Assembly: GCA_963696385.1 (NCBI GenBank)
Contig: CAVOKF010000005.1
Location: 1 to 64,000 of the forward strand
DNA: 64,000 bases
Reading direction: 5' to 3'
Source: an uncultured delta proteobacterium
GTDB taxonomy: Bacteria > Myxococcota_A > Polyangia > Polyangiales > Polyangiaceae
In this document: positions 36,566 through 48,098 of the stretch, in pieces
How positions within the stretch are numbered: the stretch's first letter is position 1
Layout of the letters: each line of letters starts with the position of its first letter
Made by a program: the position numbers and the translations under genes
Notes under the pieces: model-generated
What the model was told of the DNA's origin: nothing
Database searches by the model: none
What the model saw: the letters and a program-made list of their open reading frames with translations, nothing else

Positions 36566-37270
36566 GTGCGGAGACGGCGGCTCGCATTCTCGGTTTGCGT
36601 GACGGCTTCTACGTGGGTCGTGGCCGCCTCTGCCCAGCCGTCCGAACCCGTGTTGGAAGCCCCCGTTCGGTTTTCCGAGCAACCGGACGACGCGCGACAA
36701 GATGCCTCACCGAGTCCCCCCGCGCTGGGCGAAGCGCTCCCGCCGCGGCCACGCAAGAGGGGGCTCGTCCTCGAGTCGACCCTCGGTGTGCTGGGCTTCG
36801 CGGGTCAATTTCGTCACGTCGCACCGCCCGCATACTGGCTTCACACACAGCTCGGGTACGAGATCGGTTGGCTCATGATGTTCGTTGCCGCGGAGGTCGC
36901 GCTCACGGACACAACGGAGTCGCTCGACGAGTCGCAGTCGATGGGCTTCGCCATGTGGGGGTTCAGCGGTGGCGCGCGCGCTACAATGCAAGCGACCGAG
37001 CGAGTTGCCTTCTACCTGCAGGCGGAAGTCGGCGCGTTGACTGCGGACGCCCCCCGCGACGCGTTAGTGATTCTCGGTTTTCGCCGTGCGGAGACGTTGA
37101 ACCCGTCCTACGGATCTCGTATGGGCGTTGAATGGTACCAGACGGATAGACATCTTGCGCTCTTCGCTGCCTTGGGTGGCCGACTGGCAGAGGGTTTGGC
37201 TAAGACCGCCGCCCCGTCGGACTTGCCGTTGGGATGGGACGTGGGCGCCGGGTTCCGTTATACATTTTGA
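36566..37270 (+). CDS. Outer-membrane beta-barrel-like protein
   Basis: Signal peptide, Pro-rich linker, amphipathic strands, C-terminal FRYTF; start uncertain. Confidence 0.6.
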   Translation: MRRRRLAFSVCVTASTWVVAASAQPSEPVLEAPVRFSEQPDDARQDASPSPPALGEALPPRPRKRGLVLESTLGVLGFAGQFRHVAPPAYWLHTQLGYEIGWLMMFVAAEVALTDTTESLDESQSMGFAMWGFSGGARATMQATERVAFYLQAEVGALTADAPRDALVILGFRRAETLNPSYGSRMGVEWYQTDRHLALFAALGGRLAEGLAKTAAPSDLPLGWDVGAGFRYTF

Positions 37271-37325
37271 CGGCAAGGCAACGCTCGCGGCACCCAGGTC
37301 GGTCGAGACTCGGACAGAACGGATC

Positions 37326-38102
37326 ATGAATCTCCACCGTGTCATCCTATTCACGCTCGCGCTCGGGTCCGCGACTGGCGCATGTGGGGTTTCGCGGTCA
37401 GAATTCGAAGCGAAGTCGCGGGAAGCGGAAGCCGCAAAGCAAGACTCGGACGTCACGAAGAAGCAGCTCGCCCAGGTGCAGCAGCAGCTCGCGTCGAATC
37501 TGCAGCTTGTGGGCGACTTGAAAAATTCACTCGGGATGGCGCAATCGCAAGCGATCACCGAAGAGCAGAAGGCCGCGCTCGAAGAAGCCAAGCATGCCGT
37601 TGAGGAAGCCCAAGAGCGCGGCAGGCTGCTCGGGGATCTCCAATCGAAGTTCAAGAGGCTGATCGATGCCGGTCACCTGAAGGTGACGACCCGCCGTGGA
37701 CGGATCGTCTTGCAGTTGCACAACGACGTTCTCTTTGATCCTGGGGAAGCGGACCTGAAGGCGGGAGGCAAGCTCGCCGTGATGGAGGTCGCCGCGACGC
37801 TTCGCGCCGTCGGTGCGAAGCGCTTTCAGGTCGCGGGACACACCGACAGCGAACAGCTGAGTCCTGCGACGAAGGCCAAGTACGCCACGAACTGGGAGCT
37901 GTCCGCCGATCGCGCCATTGCAGTCGTAAAGCTCCTGGTTCAGAGCGGAGTTGATCCGAGCGTCCTGTCCGCGGCCGGGTACGGGCCCTACGATGCTGTG
38001 GCGCCGAACAACACCGCCGAAGGACAGGCTAAGAATCGGCGCATCGAAATCACGCTCGTGCCGAATGTCGCTCAGCTGGTTGCCGCGGTGGAGAAAAAGT
38101 GA
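37326..38102 (+). CDS. OmpA/MotB-family peptidoglycan-binding lipoprotein with coiled coil
   Basis: Lipobox TGAC; VLFDPG; VAGHTD; NWELSADRA; NRRIEI. Confidence 0.88.
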   Translation: MNLHRVILFTLALGSATGACGVSRSEFEAKSREAEAAKQDSDVTKKQLAQVQQQLASNLQLVGDLKNSLGMAQSQAITEEQKAALEEAKHAVEEAQERGRLLGDLQSKFKRLIDAGHLKVTTRRGRIVLQLHNDVLFDPGEADLKAGGKLAVMEVAATLRAVGAKRFQVAGHTDSEQLSPATKAKYATNWELSADRAIAVVKLLVQSGVDPSVLSAAGYGPYDAVAPNNTAEGQAKNRRIEITLVPNVAQLVAAVEKK

Positions 38103-38151
38103 TGCATGCCATCGACCTTAGACGAGAAGCGATGCTCACCTCGATTCACCC

Positions 38152-40071
38152 ATGAGGCTCGTGCGTGTTGCGCTCGCCAACGCCAACGCCACGGTCGGTG
38201 CCTGTCGGTCCAACATCGATCGGGCAATCGATCTGGCGCGGATCGCCGCCGCCGATAAGGCAACGGTGGTAGTTTTTCCCGAGCAAGTGGTGGGCGGCTA
38301 CCCGCCAGAAGACCTGATTCAGTGGAGGGCTTTTGTAGACGCTCAACGGGCCCAGCTCGATCGCTTTGCGCGCGAGACGTCCGACCTCGGGTGCGCTTCC
38401 GTACTCGGGCTTGTTATAGGCCGCGGGCCCCACTTATACAACGTTGCGACGCTCGTTCATGCGGGCCGCGTGCACGGGTTTGTCCCAAAAGAGAAGCTGC
38501 CTCTCTATAATGTATTTTACGAAGCGCGTACGATGGCGCGGGGCTCGGCGGGACTCGCCGACCGCATCGCGGGTGTGGCGTTTGGCGATTTGGTGTTCGA
38601 ACTCGATTTCGGCGTGGTGGCTCTCGAAGTCTGTGAAGACGGATGGTCTCCCGATGGTCCCATGCGCCGGCGCTCCTATGCGGGCGCCGAGCTCGTCGTG
38701 AACGTGAGCGCATCGCCCTTTCGGGTCGGAATCGCCGAGACGCGTCGCGAGATGGTGGCGACGCGTGCTGCGGACTGTCAGGTGACGCTTGCCTACGTCA
38801 ATCTCGTCGGCGCCAACGATGGGCTGGTCTTCGATGGCGGGGGGTTCGTGGCCCAGAACGGCCGTGTTCTGCTCGCCGCTGAGCGATTTCGTGAAGGAGT
38901 CGAAGCCGTGACGTTCGACCTCGACAGAACGCGTCGACTAAGAACCGAGAACACAACCTGGCGCGAGGACCAGGAGGCGTTCGCCGCAATTGCGCCCAAC
39001 GTAATGCGCGTCTCGGTCCCCGAACCGACCCACGGACGCGAGGCTTTGACGTTTCCGGTTCCGATCCACAGAAGCTTCTTTCTGCCCGCCGACGAGCGTC
39101 GTAAGTCGGCGCGCGACGCGTTCTGCGAAGAGCTGCTGGATGCACTGGCGTTAGGGGTAGGCGATTATTTCGAAAAGAACGCGTGCTTCAACGTGATCGG
39201 TGTCGCGCTCTCGGGGGGGCGGGATAGCCTGATCGTTCTCGCGATCGCTCGCCGATGGATCGACCGCCGTTGGGCGGCGCTTGCCGAGAGCGAGCGTCGA
39301 GCCAAAGCTCGCGAACTGTTACGTACTTTTTACATGCCGACGCGCTATTCGTCAGCGGAGACGCGTGCTGCAGCGGAACAAACGGCCGTCGATTTCGACG
39401 CTCAATTGTCAGTGGTCTCGATCGACGATGCGTTTGAGCGTGAGCTCGAGGCGGTCGAGCGCATGTTGCAGCCCGGCGAACGGCTGACCCCAATGGCTCG
39501 GCAGAACGTTCAGGCTCGCGTGCGGTCGGAGCGCATGTGGACTTGGGCGAATGCGGTGGGTGGCCTGTTCTTGCAGACGAGCAATATGAGCGAGAAAGCC
39601 GTGGGCTACGTCACCATCGGTGGCGATGGCGAAGGAGCGCTGGGCGTCATCGCCAATGTCCCGAAGACCGTCGTCAACTATCTTATCGACTGGCTCTACG
39701 ATTCGACACGATCGGAGGGGATAAGGCTGACGCTTCTCAAGCCTGCAAGCGCAGAGCTTGCGGCCGACCAAGAAGATGAGCGTGAGCTCATGCCGTTTCC
39801 GGTCCTTGACGCCTGCTTCGCGCTCTTTGTGGGCGAGAAGATGGGCGCAGACGAGGTGGCGGTGGCGCTGCGAGTCCTGTTTCCGGAGTTCCAGAGAACA
39901 ACGTTGGATGCGTGGGTTGAACGGTTCGTGGGTTTGTTCTCGGACTCGATCTGCAAATGGGTGCAGGCTCCCATCTCTTTGCATGTCGGCAATCTCGATC
40001 TCGAGCGGGAGCGTGCGCTCCAGCTTCCGGTCGTCAAGGGCGGCGATTGGCATGGCGTCGTGCGACAATAG
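38152..40071 (+). CDS. nadE: Glutamine-dependent NAD+ synthetase
   Basis: Nitrilase triad (FPE, K..LP.Y..F.E, CED); LSGGRDS; QNVQAR; SEKAVGY; SAEL. Confidence 0.93.
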   Translation: MRLVRVALANANATVGACRSNIDRAIDLARIAAADKATVVVFPEQVVGGYPPEDLIQWRAFVDAQRAQLDRFARETSDLGCASVLGLVIGRGPHLYNVATLVHAGRVHGFVPKEKLPLYNVFYEARTMARGSAGLADRIAGVAFGDLVFELDFGVVALEVCEDGWSPDGPMRRRSYAGAELVVNVSASPFRVGIAETRREMVATRAADCQVTLAYVNLVGANDGLVFDGGGFVAQNGRVLLAAERFREGVEAVTFDLDRTRRLRTENTTWREDQEAFAAIAPNVMRVSVPEPTHGREALTFPVPIHRSFFLPADERRKSARDAFCEELLDALALGVGDYFEKNACFNVIGVALSGGRDSLIVLAIARRWIDRRWAALAESERRAKARELLRTFYMPTRYSSAETRAAAEQTAVDFDAQLSVVSIDDAFERELEAVERMLQPGERLTPMARQNVQARVRSERMWTWANAVGGLFLQTSNMSEKAVGYVTIGGDGEGALGVIANVPKTVVNYLIDWLYDSTRSEGIRLTLLKPASAELAADQEDERELMPFPVLDACFALFVGEKMGADEVAVALRVLFPEFQRTTLDAWVERFVGLFSDSICKWVQAPISLHVGNLDLERERALQLPVVKGGDWHGVVRQ

Positions 40072-40098
40072 CGCCTCGGAGGGAGAGCCAGTTCACGT

Positions 40099-41593
40099 TA
40101 ACGCGCATTCATAAGTTGGTACTTAGGGATTCGGGATGGCGCGCTACCACACAAGTGCGAGTGGCTCGAGGCCCATAGCGAGACGACCGCGCTTTCGATC
40201 GCGAGCAGGATGAGCGCGGCGCGCGTTGGAATCGAGGAACTTGAGCGCTTCGGCGAGGGCACGACGTAGTTGGCGCGGCGAGTCGAGAAGGCCGCGGAGG
40301 ACATCGTCGAAGTAATGCTTGCCGGACGCTGCGGCTCGCTGGGTCGAAAGCTCCACCCCCAGCGACGCTTCCGCGAAGTGTGCGAGTGAACGTTTCAGAA
40401 GGGCTGCGAGCAGGCTCGCCCATATCATCGCTTTCGCGATAGCGGCCTTGCCCGTATCGAAGGCATGAAGGTTGGCGTGGGATTTGAACTCTTTGAACAG
40501 GAGTTCCACTTGCCAGCGGAGGCGATACAAGCCGGCCACGTCGGCGGCGGAGAAGCGCTTGCGAGCGAGGTTGCTGTGCAGGTACACGAACGTCTTCGCG
40601 TTGCGCTTGCCGCGCTTGTAGATCGCCACAATTCGGCCGCGATACACGAATGAATTCGCCAGCCATTCGATGTCGAGATCGACCGTCTGGGCCGGAAGCA
40701 GGTCCCAGTTCAACTTCTGGCCGAGCAACTTGGGGATGGATTTGCCGGCGCTGTCGAAAGCTGCCCGAATGGTGGGTCGAATGTTTTTGGTTCCGCGGAC
40801 GATGAAGGCGCCGCCCGCTTGGTCGACGTCGAAAAAGAATTTTCGCTCCTCGTACCCTCGGTCGGCCAGAAAGAGCCGCTCGCGAAGACTCGCGGCCTCG
40901 GGACGGTAGGTTCGCTCGGTCTCCTTGTCGGCCGTCAGGGCGACGATGCGCACATCGTCTTGGAGCAGACTCATCGTGACGTGCAGTTCCACGGCGGCTG
41001 GCGAGATTTTCGTAAAGCGGCCCGGCCATGTGCGTTTCAAGTCGTCCTTGAGCGCGAACGACGTCCCGTCGTGAATGACAATGTCCCGAAAGGTCGACAG
41101 TTTGGGGGACACGGCGTGCAGAACCGGCTGGCTCATCTTCTGTACCGTCGCTTCCAGCAGCATCCGAAACATCTCTGGAAAGGACGCTTGCGCGAGCCGG
41201 TTGTGAAAGGGCTTATATCGCAGCGAAAGGCCCGCGAATTTCCGGAACGTCCGCAGAATATCGGCCAACCACTTGGCGTGGCCCGACCCGAGCGTGGACA
41301 GCACCGCCACGACCATCGCCAGCGGCATCACCTTGCGCACGCGCCGTAGCCAGCCGCTACGTCTCGCGATCGCGGTCACCTGCTCCTCGCCGAGTACGTC
41401 GGTAAGCCGTTTCGCATACACGCCGACTTCGGCGCGTGTACCGTTCGATCCGTGCATCGGGGTCTCCTTTCGCGTGTCCACAACACCGCGTCTAGAGAAT
41501 CCCCGATGCCTTTGACTACCCAATTCGTGCACTATGCACGTAAGTGATCGACATCACTCGAGAAATAAAGATCCTACCTATGAACGCGCATTA
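40099..41593 (-). mobile_element. IS4-family insertion sequence (~1.5 kb) with imperfect 26-bp terminal inverted repeats
   Basis: Left end TAACGCGCATTCATAAGTTGGTACTT vs reverse complement of right end TAATGCGCGTTCATAGGTAGGATCTT (20/26 match); no target duplication visible. Confidence 0.85.
40144..41457 (-). CDS. IS4-family DDE transposase
   Basis: IHDGTS; LADRGY; YRLRWQVELLFKEFK (YREK motif); AAGGAG RBS. Confidence 0.92.
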   Translation of the reverse strand: MHGSNGTRAEVGVYAKRLTDVLGEEQVTAIARRSGWLRRVRKVMPLAMVVAVLSTLGSGHAKWLADILRTFRKFAGLSLRYKPFHNRLAQASFPEMFRMLLEATVQKMSQPVLHAVSPKLSTFRDIVIHDGTSFALKDDLKRTWPGRFTKISPAAVELHVTMSLLQDDVRIVALTADKETERTYRPEAASLRERLFLADRGYEERKFFFDVDQAGGAFIVRGTKNIRPTIRAAFDSAGKSIPKLLGQKLNWDLLPAQTVDLDIEWLANSFVYRGRIVAIYKRGKRNAKTFVYLHSNLARKRFSAADVAGLYRLRWQVELLFKEFKSHANLHAFDTGKAAIAKAMIWASLLAALLKRSLAHFAEASLGVELSTQRAAASGKHYFDDVLRGLLDSPRQLRRALAEALKFLDSNARRAHPARDRKRGRLAMGLEPLALVW

Positions 41594-42694
41594 GGCGCCG
41601 GCACTGGCATCGCCGCCTTTGGTGAAGCTCGCCACGACGGCGAGCGGCACCCAGAGCGTAAAGAGCAGTGGGGTGCACCGAGCGATCATTGCGAGCGCGC
41701 GAACGCCCGTGGCGGGCGTGCCGTCGCGACGGATCACGACGACCGCGTGGCCCCGACGGATGCCGTCGGGTGTCCAAGGTCGCACGTCGAAGCGGGCAAG
41801 CCAATCGAGCAGAGATACGGCGCGCGACAGCAACCGACCCCGGAGCCGGGACCGGTCATAGTAGAGCTTTCGCGCGCGGACGTCGGGCGTCGAGAAGAGT
41901 GCGTAGATCGCCAGCGTGAGCCACGTGAAGCCTTCGACTCGGCTGGTCGCCTCGATCAGTAGGTGGAACCAGACGCCCCACCAGAGTGCGACCACGCGTA
42001 AATGGTGGGACCAAAGACCGATGACGAGGAGAAGCTCGGTCGCGATGGCAAGCTTTGCAAGAACGTTCGCGACCTCGGGGCGCATCGCCCAATCCACCAG
42101 TGATGCGGGCACTCTCGGATCGATCCCCTGCTCAGCCGAAAGCAGCATTCGCTCGAGTAGAACGCGGCCGTCTCGCCAGTCGGCATCGAGAAGCTTCGAC
42201 GTACCGGACGCGACGTAGATGAGACACAGCTGGATCTGAGCGAGACGCGCAGCCCACATAGGTGCGATCCGCGTTCCGACGACGGTACCGGCGACGTAAA
42301 ACGACCGATCGCACGGGGCGAAAGAAAGCAGGAGCGCATAACAATAAAGCGCGTAACGATTGTGATGAAATTGCAATCGGTCACACAATAGAACATACGC
42401 CCCAAGCGCTGCACTCACCGCGAGCGCGGCCCTCGCGCGATGCCCTGCGACGACCAGCGCCGAGAGCAGCACCTGGGTGGCGACGACAACCCCGTATATT
42501 GTCCTCGAAGGGACCATAGCCTGCGGGATCATCGGCCAATGGAATCTGTCGCCGAAATACCCGTCCTGCAGTTCGTGCGCCGCCCGCAACGCGTTCGCGA
42601 AAAGAAGTATGCCCAACGCGACGCGGACGGCTCCGAGCACGTAGGTGTCGCCCAGTTCGTCGCGCCACCGTTTGATACTTTCGCGCAGCATCAC
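41591..42694 (-). CDS. HTTM-domain membrane protein (VKGC-like)
   Basis: QFHHNRY; QIQLCLIYVASGTSKL.DADWRDG; FH; C-terminal LYYD DCC1-like segment; stop codon supplied by the IS end. Confidence 0.75.
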   Translation of the reverse strand: MMLRESIKRWRDELGDTYVLGAVRVALGILLFANALRAAHELQDGYFGDRFHWPMIPQAMVPSRTIYGVVVATQVLLSALVVAGHRARAALAVSAALGAYVLLCDRLQFHHNRYALYCYALLLSFAPCDRSFYVAGTVVGTRIAPMWAARLAQIQLCLIYVASGTSKLLDADWRDGRVLLERMLLSAEQGIDPRVPASLVDWAMRPEVANVLAKLAIATELLLVIGLWSHHLRVVALWWGVWFHLLIEATSRVEGFTWLTLAIYALFSTPDVRARKLYYDRSRLRGRLLSRAVSLLDWLARFDVRPWTPDGIRRGHAVVVIRRDGTPATGVRALAMIARCTPLLFTLWVPLAVVASFTKGGDASAGA

Positions 42695-43221
42695 TTAACT
42701 CGCCGGGATCGACTGAACAGGGTCACCGGCGATGGCTCCCGGCCATTCTTACGCACGAGCATGTCCGCGCGAAGGCGAATTGTTTCGTCGTCGCCTTCGA
42801 GGTGTTCGGTAACGTCGTCGAGGGCGCGCTGCAAGCGAGCGATTTCGGCGTCGACGCCGTAGGAGGCGAAGACGCGCGCGTCGATCGAGCCCAGAACCGG
42901 GTCCCGGATGCGGTCTCGCCATGAAAAATGGCGGAGCTGTCCGGACTTTGAGCGCGCGCTCCACTCGCCCCGTGGCGCCGGAAAGGTCGCGGCCGACGTC
43001 ACGCGGGACAGGTGTATCTCGAGGGTCGAAGCCTCCGGAAACATACGGAAGCCGAATATGTGGTCGCTCCGGCCACCCGCAGAGACGACGAGCGCGGACT
43101 GCGCGGCGATCCAGCAGGCGCCGAACACTACGCGCGCGCGCGGGCCGATGTGCAACACCCGGCCGACGCTACTAGAATAGCCGCCGTTTGGCGGCCGATT
43201 TCCGTTGGCGCACTCGAGCAT
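42691..43221 (-). CDS. Hypothetical protein coupled to the HTTM gene
   Basis: FGFRMFPE motif after a TM segment; GTGA overlap; start uncertain. Confidence 0.55.
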   Translation of the reverse strand: MLECANGNRPPNGGYSSSVGRVLHIGPRARVVFGACWIAAQSALVVSAGGRSDHIFGFRMFPEASTLEIHLSRVTSAATFPAPRGEWSARSKSGQLRHFSWRDRIRDPVLGSIDARVFASYGVDAEIARLQRALDDVTEHLEGDDETIRLRADMLVRKNGREPSPVTLFSRSRRVK

Positions 43222-43712
43222 GTCACGATTACAGGACCGAGTGCCCACGAACTTCGCGAATCGCCGTGTGCTTGACGCTTCTCGGCTGCGGTCGGTCGCC
43301 GGAGCCGCCTCGCAAGGAGCCTGCCCCGACGTTGCCATATCGCCCAAGCGGGAGCAGCGCGGCGCGGCCGCCCCGATCAGCACCCGCCGTTGTGCAGCCT
43401 AGAACCCAAAGCGGGGTGGTCGCGTCGCGAGATGTTGTTCGGAGCGGAGCCTCACTCGCTTGTGACCCATCGGGGTCCGACTTCCGCCGCGGCCGGCCTT
43501 CACCTCTCGCGTCGATGCGGTTCGGCAGCCTCGAAGGCGCGAGCCCGCTGGCGCGTGAGTTGCGAATCGCTCGGGGCCCTCGATCTTGCTTGCTTGCGAC
43601 GATTGGCGCGCGAGCCGAGACGTGCGCGCGAGCCAGGAATCAGGCGAACGTTGCTGCGCGAGAGCGTCGGTCGGGGGCCCGCGCGAGATGTCGGGATCTT
43701 CTCGTGCGCGCT

Positions 43713-44387
43713 TCACGTCCGTCGAGCGTCGCTTTTCGCCGACCTGTCGGCAGTCACCGCCCGCCCACGGCGTCGCGCAAGCTCTGCCAGCACGCGCCGC
43801 AAGGCGATCGATCGCGAACGAAGGCCGACCAAGAGTTGATAGATGGTTTCGGCCGCTTCGGATACGACGCGATCATCGCTCTCGCTATCCAGCGCACGCG
43901 CCAGCGCGCCTGCCTCTTCGACGATTCTGGACGCTGCGTCCGACGGTGCACCGCCGATGGCGCGCGGCGGTTGGCTCCCCCCGCCGCCCGCCCTTTTCGG
44001 CGACGCAATCGTTGCCTCCAAAGAGGCGAGCAAGGTCTGCGGTTGCTCGCTCGCTTGCCAAAGTCGGTCGCCGTCGAGGGCCTGAAAGAAACAGCTCGGA
44101 GCTCCCGAATGGCACGACGGCCCGTTCGGCTCGCTCGAATAGATCACACAGTCGGCGTCGCAATCTGCAAGCACCCGGACGACAGGCGTTTCATAGCCGC
44201 TGGCGCGTCCCTTTTGCCAGAGTTCGCCGCGCGAGCGGCTCCAGAAAGTGGCGCTGCCCGTCTCCACCGTCTTGCGGACAGCGGCGTCTGTGGCGAACGC
44301 GAACATCCGGATCTCGCCCGTGAGATGATCCTGCACGATGGCGGGGACGAGCCCCAACGAATCGAACTTGAGAGGCAACGTAGGCAT
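43713..44387 (-). CDS. hisIE: Phosphoribosyl-AMP cyclohydrolase fused to a degenerate PR-ATP pyrophosphatase domain
   Basis: GLVPAIVQD; FWSRSR.ELWQKG; DCDAD; PSCHSG..SCF; C-terminal EEAG...EAAETIYQLLV. Confidence 0.85.
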   Translation of the reverse strand: MPTLPLKFDSLGLVPAIVQDHLTGEIRMFAFATDAAVRKTVETGSATFWSRSRGELWQKGRASGYETPVVRVLADCDADCVIYSSEPNGPSCHSGAPSCFFQALDGDRLWQASEQPQTLLASLEATIASPKRAGGGGSQPPRAIGGAPSDAASRIVEEAGALARALDSESDDRVVSEAAETIYQLLVGLRSRSIALRRVLAELARRRGRAVTADRSAKSDARRT

Positions 44388-44874
44388 CGTGGTCCGCAGC
44401 TTACACCCGGGCCGGACGGTACTGCGAAGCGCCTGCATGGGCGCTCGTGTGACGACAACGTCACGCAACCGAACGGATACATGGGCGCAACACCCGATGG
44501 GGTCCAGGGAGTCCGTTTCGCTCACGCGCCCACGAGTGCATCGGTCAACATGTCGCACCGATGACCTCGGCGCCGAGCGGCGTCGGATGGGTAAGGTCGC
44601 CGCCGGCGAGCTGCGGGCGCACCCTGAACCCTCGCGCCATCGATCCCGCTCCACCCATCGCGTCGAATGTGCGCGAAAACGCCGCACCGTGCGCGAACGC
44701 GACCCGGAATCGCGAGGACCTCCGGCATCACGAGCAGCGTGCGCACGTTCTTTCCAAGACCGATCGGCGACCGGCCCTCGGCGCCGCCCCGACGCGGGGG
44801 GGACCCAATCGCGACGCAGAACGTAGGACGACGCTCAGACGGATCCACGACGCGTGGTAGCTTAGGCGCAACCC

Positions 44875-46299
44875 ATGACTCGCGTTCGGTTCGCGCCATC
44901 GCCGACGGGATATCTGCACATCGGCGGGGTGCGCACGGCACTATTCAATTGGCTATGGGCCCGAAAAACCGGCGGAGCGTTCGTTCTGCGCGTCGAGGAC
45001 ACGGACCGCGAGCGAAGCACGATGGAAAGCGTACGCGTCATCCTCGAATCGATGAAGTGGCTTGGCCTCGATTGGGACGAGGGGCCCGAGGTCGGGGGTC
45101 CCCATGGGCCGTACACGCAAATGCAGCGGCTCCCGATTTACGACCACTATGCCAGGCGGCTCGTTAGCGAAGGAAAGGCGTATCGCTGCTACTGTTCAAA
45201 GGAGCAGCTCGAGGCTCAGCGGGGCGAGTTGAGGGCGCGCGACCCGAAGGCCACGTTCAAATACCCCGGCACATGCCGATGGCGTAGCGACGCGCCGAAC
45301 CTTCCGTTCGTCGTTCGGCTCAAGGCCCCCCAAGGCGGCAGCGTCACGTACATCGACGAGATATTCGGCGAAATAACGACGCCGAACGCCTCCCAACAGG
45401 ACTTCGTTCTGCTGCGGTCAGACGGCGTGCCCCTCTACAATTTCGGCGCCGTGGTGGACGATGTCACGATGGGGATAACACTCGTGGCAAGGGGTCGGGA
45501 TCACATGGTGAACACGCCCCCGCAGATTCTGATTTACGAGGCCCTCGGCCTACAGCCACCGGCGTTTGCGCATCTTCCGATGATGCTGGCAGTCAACGGT
45601 GAAAAACTGAGCAAGCGGCATGGCGCGGTCAGCGTTGGGGAGTACCGCGATCTGGGGTATTCGCCCCACGCAGTGCTCAACTATTTGGCGCGATTCGGCT
45701 GGTCCCACGGCGACCGGGAAGTCTTCTCAATCCACGAGCTAGTCGAGGCATTTGACTGGGCCGACTGCAACAGGAGCGACGGCAAGTTCGACGGGAAGAA
45801 GCTGCTCGCGACCAATCATGAGCACCTGAAGTCGGTCCGGTTGACGAGCGACGAAGAGTACGCGGACCGGACGCGGCCGTTTCTCCAGGCGCGAGGACTT
45901 GATGTCGATCGAGATCGCGTGCGCGAAGCGGTCTGGCTCATTCGCGAGCGAGCGACCACGTTCGCCGACGCCGCTGATCGGCTCGACTTCGTTTTTCGTG
46001 AGCCGCCGCATTTCGATCCCGCCGCGGCGTCCAGGTTCTTGGTCGCTTCGAACGCGGCGCGCCTTCAGGAACTCACCGACGTCGTGGCGGGTGTTGAATC
46101 TTGGACGGTTCCGGTGCTTGAGGTGGTGATTCAAGCCTGGCTGAGCGCAAGCAGTTTGTCCATCAAGGACGTGGCGCAGCCTGCTCGTGTCGCGCTCACT
46201 GGTCGCGCGGCGAGCCCAGGCCTCTACGAGGTCATGGTGGCGCTCGGACGTGAGCGCACCCTCGAGAGACTGCGATCCGCTGCGAGGGCCGGCGCTTAG
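44875..46299 (+). CDS. gltX: Glutamate--tRNA ligase
   Basis: RFAPSPTGYLHIGG; KLSKRHG; RVALTG...SPG. Confidence 0.95.
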   Translation: MTRVRFAPSPTGYLHIGGVRTALFNWLWARKTGGAFVLRVEDTDRERSTMESVRVILESMKWLGLDWDEGPEVGGPHGPYTQMQRLPIYDHYARRLVSEGKAYRCYCSKEQLEAQRGELRARDPKATFKYPGTCRWRSDAPNLPFVVRLKAPQGGSVTYIDEIFGEITTPNASQQDFVLLRSDGVPLYNFGAVVDDVTMGITLVARGRDHMVNTPPQILIYEALGLQPPAFAHLPMMLAVNGEKLSKRHGAVSVGEYRDLGYSPHAVLNYLARFGWSHGDREVFSIHELVEAFDWADCNRSDGKFDGKKLLATNHEHLKSVRLTSDEEYADRTRPFLQARGLDVDRDRVREAVWLIRERATTFADAADRLDFVFREPPHFDPAAASRFLVASNAARLQELTDVVAGVESWTVPVLEVVIQAWLSASSLSIKDVAQPARVALTGRAASPGLYEVMVALGRERTLERLRSAARAGA

Positions 46300-46315
46300 T
46301 CCTATCGCTTGCAAA

Positions 46316-48010
<1,695 letters not shown>

Positions 48011-48098
48011 GGAAATCTCGCGTGCGCCATCCTACTCTGCCTGCCGCCGACGCGCCCGCGAAGCTGAGCTACGCGCGACGGGGGACGGCTTCGACTCG

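Noticed and set aside
37326..38102. Flagellar stator MotB linked to fliO/sctR
   Set aside because: It has a lipoprotein-type signal, no MotB TM Asp motif and no motA neighbour, so it is a generic OmpA-family lipoprotein.
43188..44564. 458-aa plus-strand ORF
   Set aside because: Arg-rich shadow ORF opposite hisIE.
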